From assembly GCF_009914755.1 (NCBI RefSeq), contig NC_060927.1: a DNA stretch of 64,000 bases; one strand, given 5' to 3'. A model generated the notes under the pieces. That model saw only the letters and a list, made by a program, of their open reading frames with translations, did not search any database and was not told the DNA's origin. Every line of letters starts with the position of its first letter. The first letter of the stretch is position 1. The translations under genes and the position numbers were made by a program. The DNA is from the human T2T-CHM13v2.0 reference genome, Homo sapiens. Below, one piece after another: positions 62,897 to 64,000 of the stretch.

Positions 62897-63273
62897 ATGA
62901 AATATCAAAGTTCACAAACTATATATTATGTACTGTATATAAAATATCAAAGTACCCAAGGTATATATTCTATACTGCACAAAAAATATGAAATTACCCA
63001 AAGCATGTATTATATACTGTATATAAAATATGAAAGCACATCAAATATATATTTTATTCTGTACATAAAATATCAAAGTACACCAGATATATATTCTATA
63101 GTGTACATAAAATATCAAAGTACCCAAACTATACATTATATACTGTATATAAAATATGAAATTACATCAAATATATATTATATTAGGTACATAAAATACG
63201 AAAGTACATCAAATATAGATTATATACTGTACATAAAATATCAAAGTACCCCAATATATATTATATACTGTAC

Positions 63274-63646
63274 ATGAAATATCAAAGTTCACAAACTATA
63301 TATTATGTACTGTACATAAAATATCAAAGTACCCAAGGTATATATTCTATACTGTACAAAAAATATCAAAGTACCCAAAGCATGTATTATATACCGTACA
63401 TAAAATATAAAATTACATCAAATATATATTTTATTCTGTACATAAAATATCAAAGTACACCAGATATATATACTATAGTGTACATAAAATATCAAAGTAC
63501 CCAAACTATACATTATACACTGTACATAAAATATGAAATTACATCAAATATATATTAGGTACATAAAATATGAAAGTACATCAAATATAGATTATATACT
63601 GTAAATATAATATCAATGTACCCCAAATATATATTTTATACTCTAT
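63274..63646. repeat. Diverged HOR variant E, copy 3
   Basis: Same private motifs and same 94-aa translation as copy 1; followed by the same accaaaggt-marked B unit. Confidence 0.93.
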
Positions 63647-64000
63647 ATGAAATATCAAAGTTCACAAACCATATATTATATACTGTACATAAAATATCAA
63701 AGTACCAAAGGTATATATTCTATACTGTACAAAAAATATCAAAGTACCCAAAGCATGTATTATATACTGTACATAAAATATGAAAGTACATCAAATATAG
63801 ATTATATACTGTACATTAAGTACCAAAGTACACCAAATATATATTTTATACTGTACATGAAATATCAAAGTTCACAAACCATACATTATATACTTTCCAT
63901 AAAATATCAAAGTACCCATGGCATATATTCTATACTGTACAAAAGATATCAAAGTACCCAAAGCATGTATTATATACTGTACATAAAATATGAAAGTACA

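Larger units (their letters stand above)
1..64000. repeat. AT-rich 42-bp tandem satellite array, Human Satellite 1A (HSat1A/SAR, classical satellite I); extends beyond both window edges
   Basis: Continuous 42-bp period (14-aa period in the ORF track) and consensus ACATAAAATATCAAAGT + ACCCAAANTATATATTATATACTGT. GTAC (RsaI) sites split it into 17+25 bp subunits, and there is an underlying 9-monomer (~378 bp) unit. These match recalled properties of HSat1A; no search was run. Confidence 0.95.

Noticed and set aside
158-63558. More than 120 tandem ORFs of 70-226 aa with ATGA start/stop overlaps, resembling a translationally coupled operon or repeat-protein gene family
   Set aside because: They arise from the 42-bp period and a recurrent 1-bp deletion. 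There are no domains or ribosome-binding sites, composition is extreme, and nonsense or frameshift variants (1047, 27730, 42991, about 49781) occur freely.
158-63646. A/B/C unit order as an information-bearing code or programmed rearrangement system
   Set aside because: The order is adequately explained by unequal crossover, conversion and block duplication; no recombinase or dedicated sites are present.
1-64000. CRISPR-like array (near-constant ctgtacataaaatatcaaagt alternating with more variable segments)
   Set aside because: The variable segments are homologous to each other and recur in fixed order rather than being unique spacers; there is no leader and there are no cas genes.
1-64000. 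Numerous TATA-box-like (tatataaaa) motifs
   Set aside because: Expected in an AT-rich satellite, with no promoter context or downstream gene.
1-64000. Alpha satellite, HSat2/3 or CENP-B boxes
   Set aside because: No 171-bp period, no CATTC repeats and no CENP-B box motif seen.

Overview
The whole 64-kb window is one uninterrupted, single-orientation AT-rich tandem satellite. It is built on a 42-bp monomer (consensus about ACATAAAATATCAAAGT-ACCCAAANTATATATTATATACTGT, two GTAC sites per monomer). From memory this matches Human Satellite 1A (HSat1A / SAR / classical satellite I), known from pericentromeric and acrocentric short-arm heterochromatin; I could not run a database check. I see no genes, RNAs or transposons, and every ORF in the track is an artefact of the 42-bp period. 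I found no new biological system. What the window does show is higher-order repeat (HOR) architecture: variants of the known ~378-bp 9-mer, namely A (377 bp, 9 monomers), B (587 bp, 14), C (503 bp, 12) and the rare D (209 bp), E (373 bp) and F (755 bp). These are organised into 964-, 2054- and 3982-bp super-units and 5-7 kb block duplications. Diagnostic SNVs record unequal crossover, an apparent reciprocal duplication/deletion pair, a one-monomer-offset micro-conversion, and the spread of a variant that removes the only CpG of its unit.
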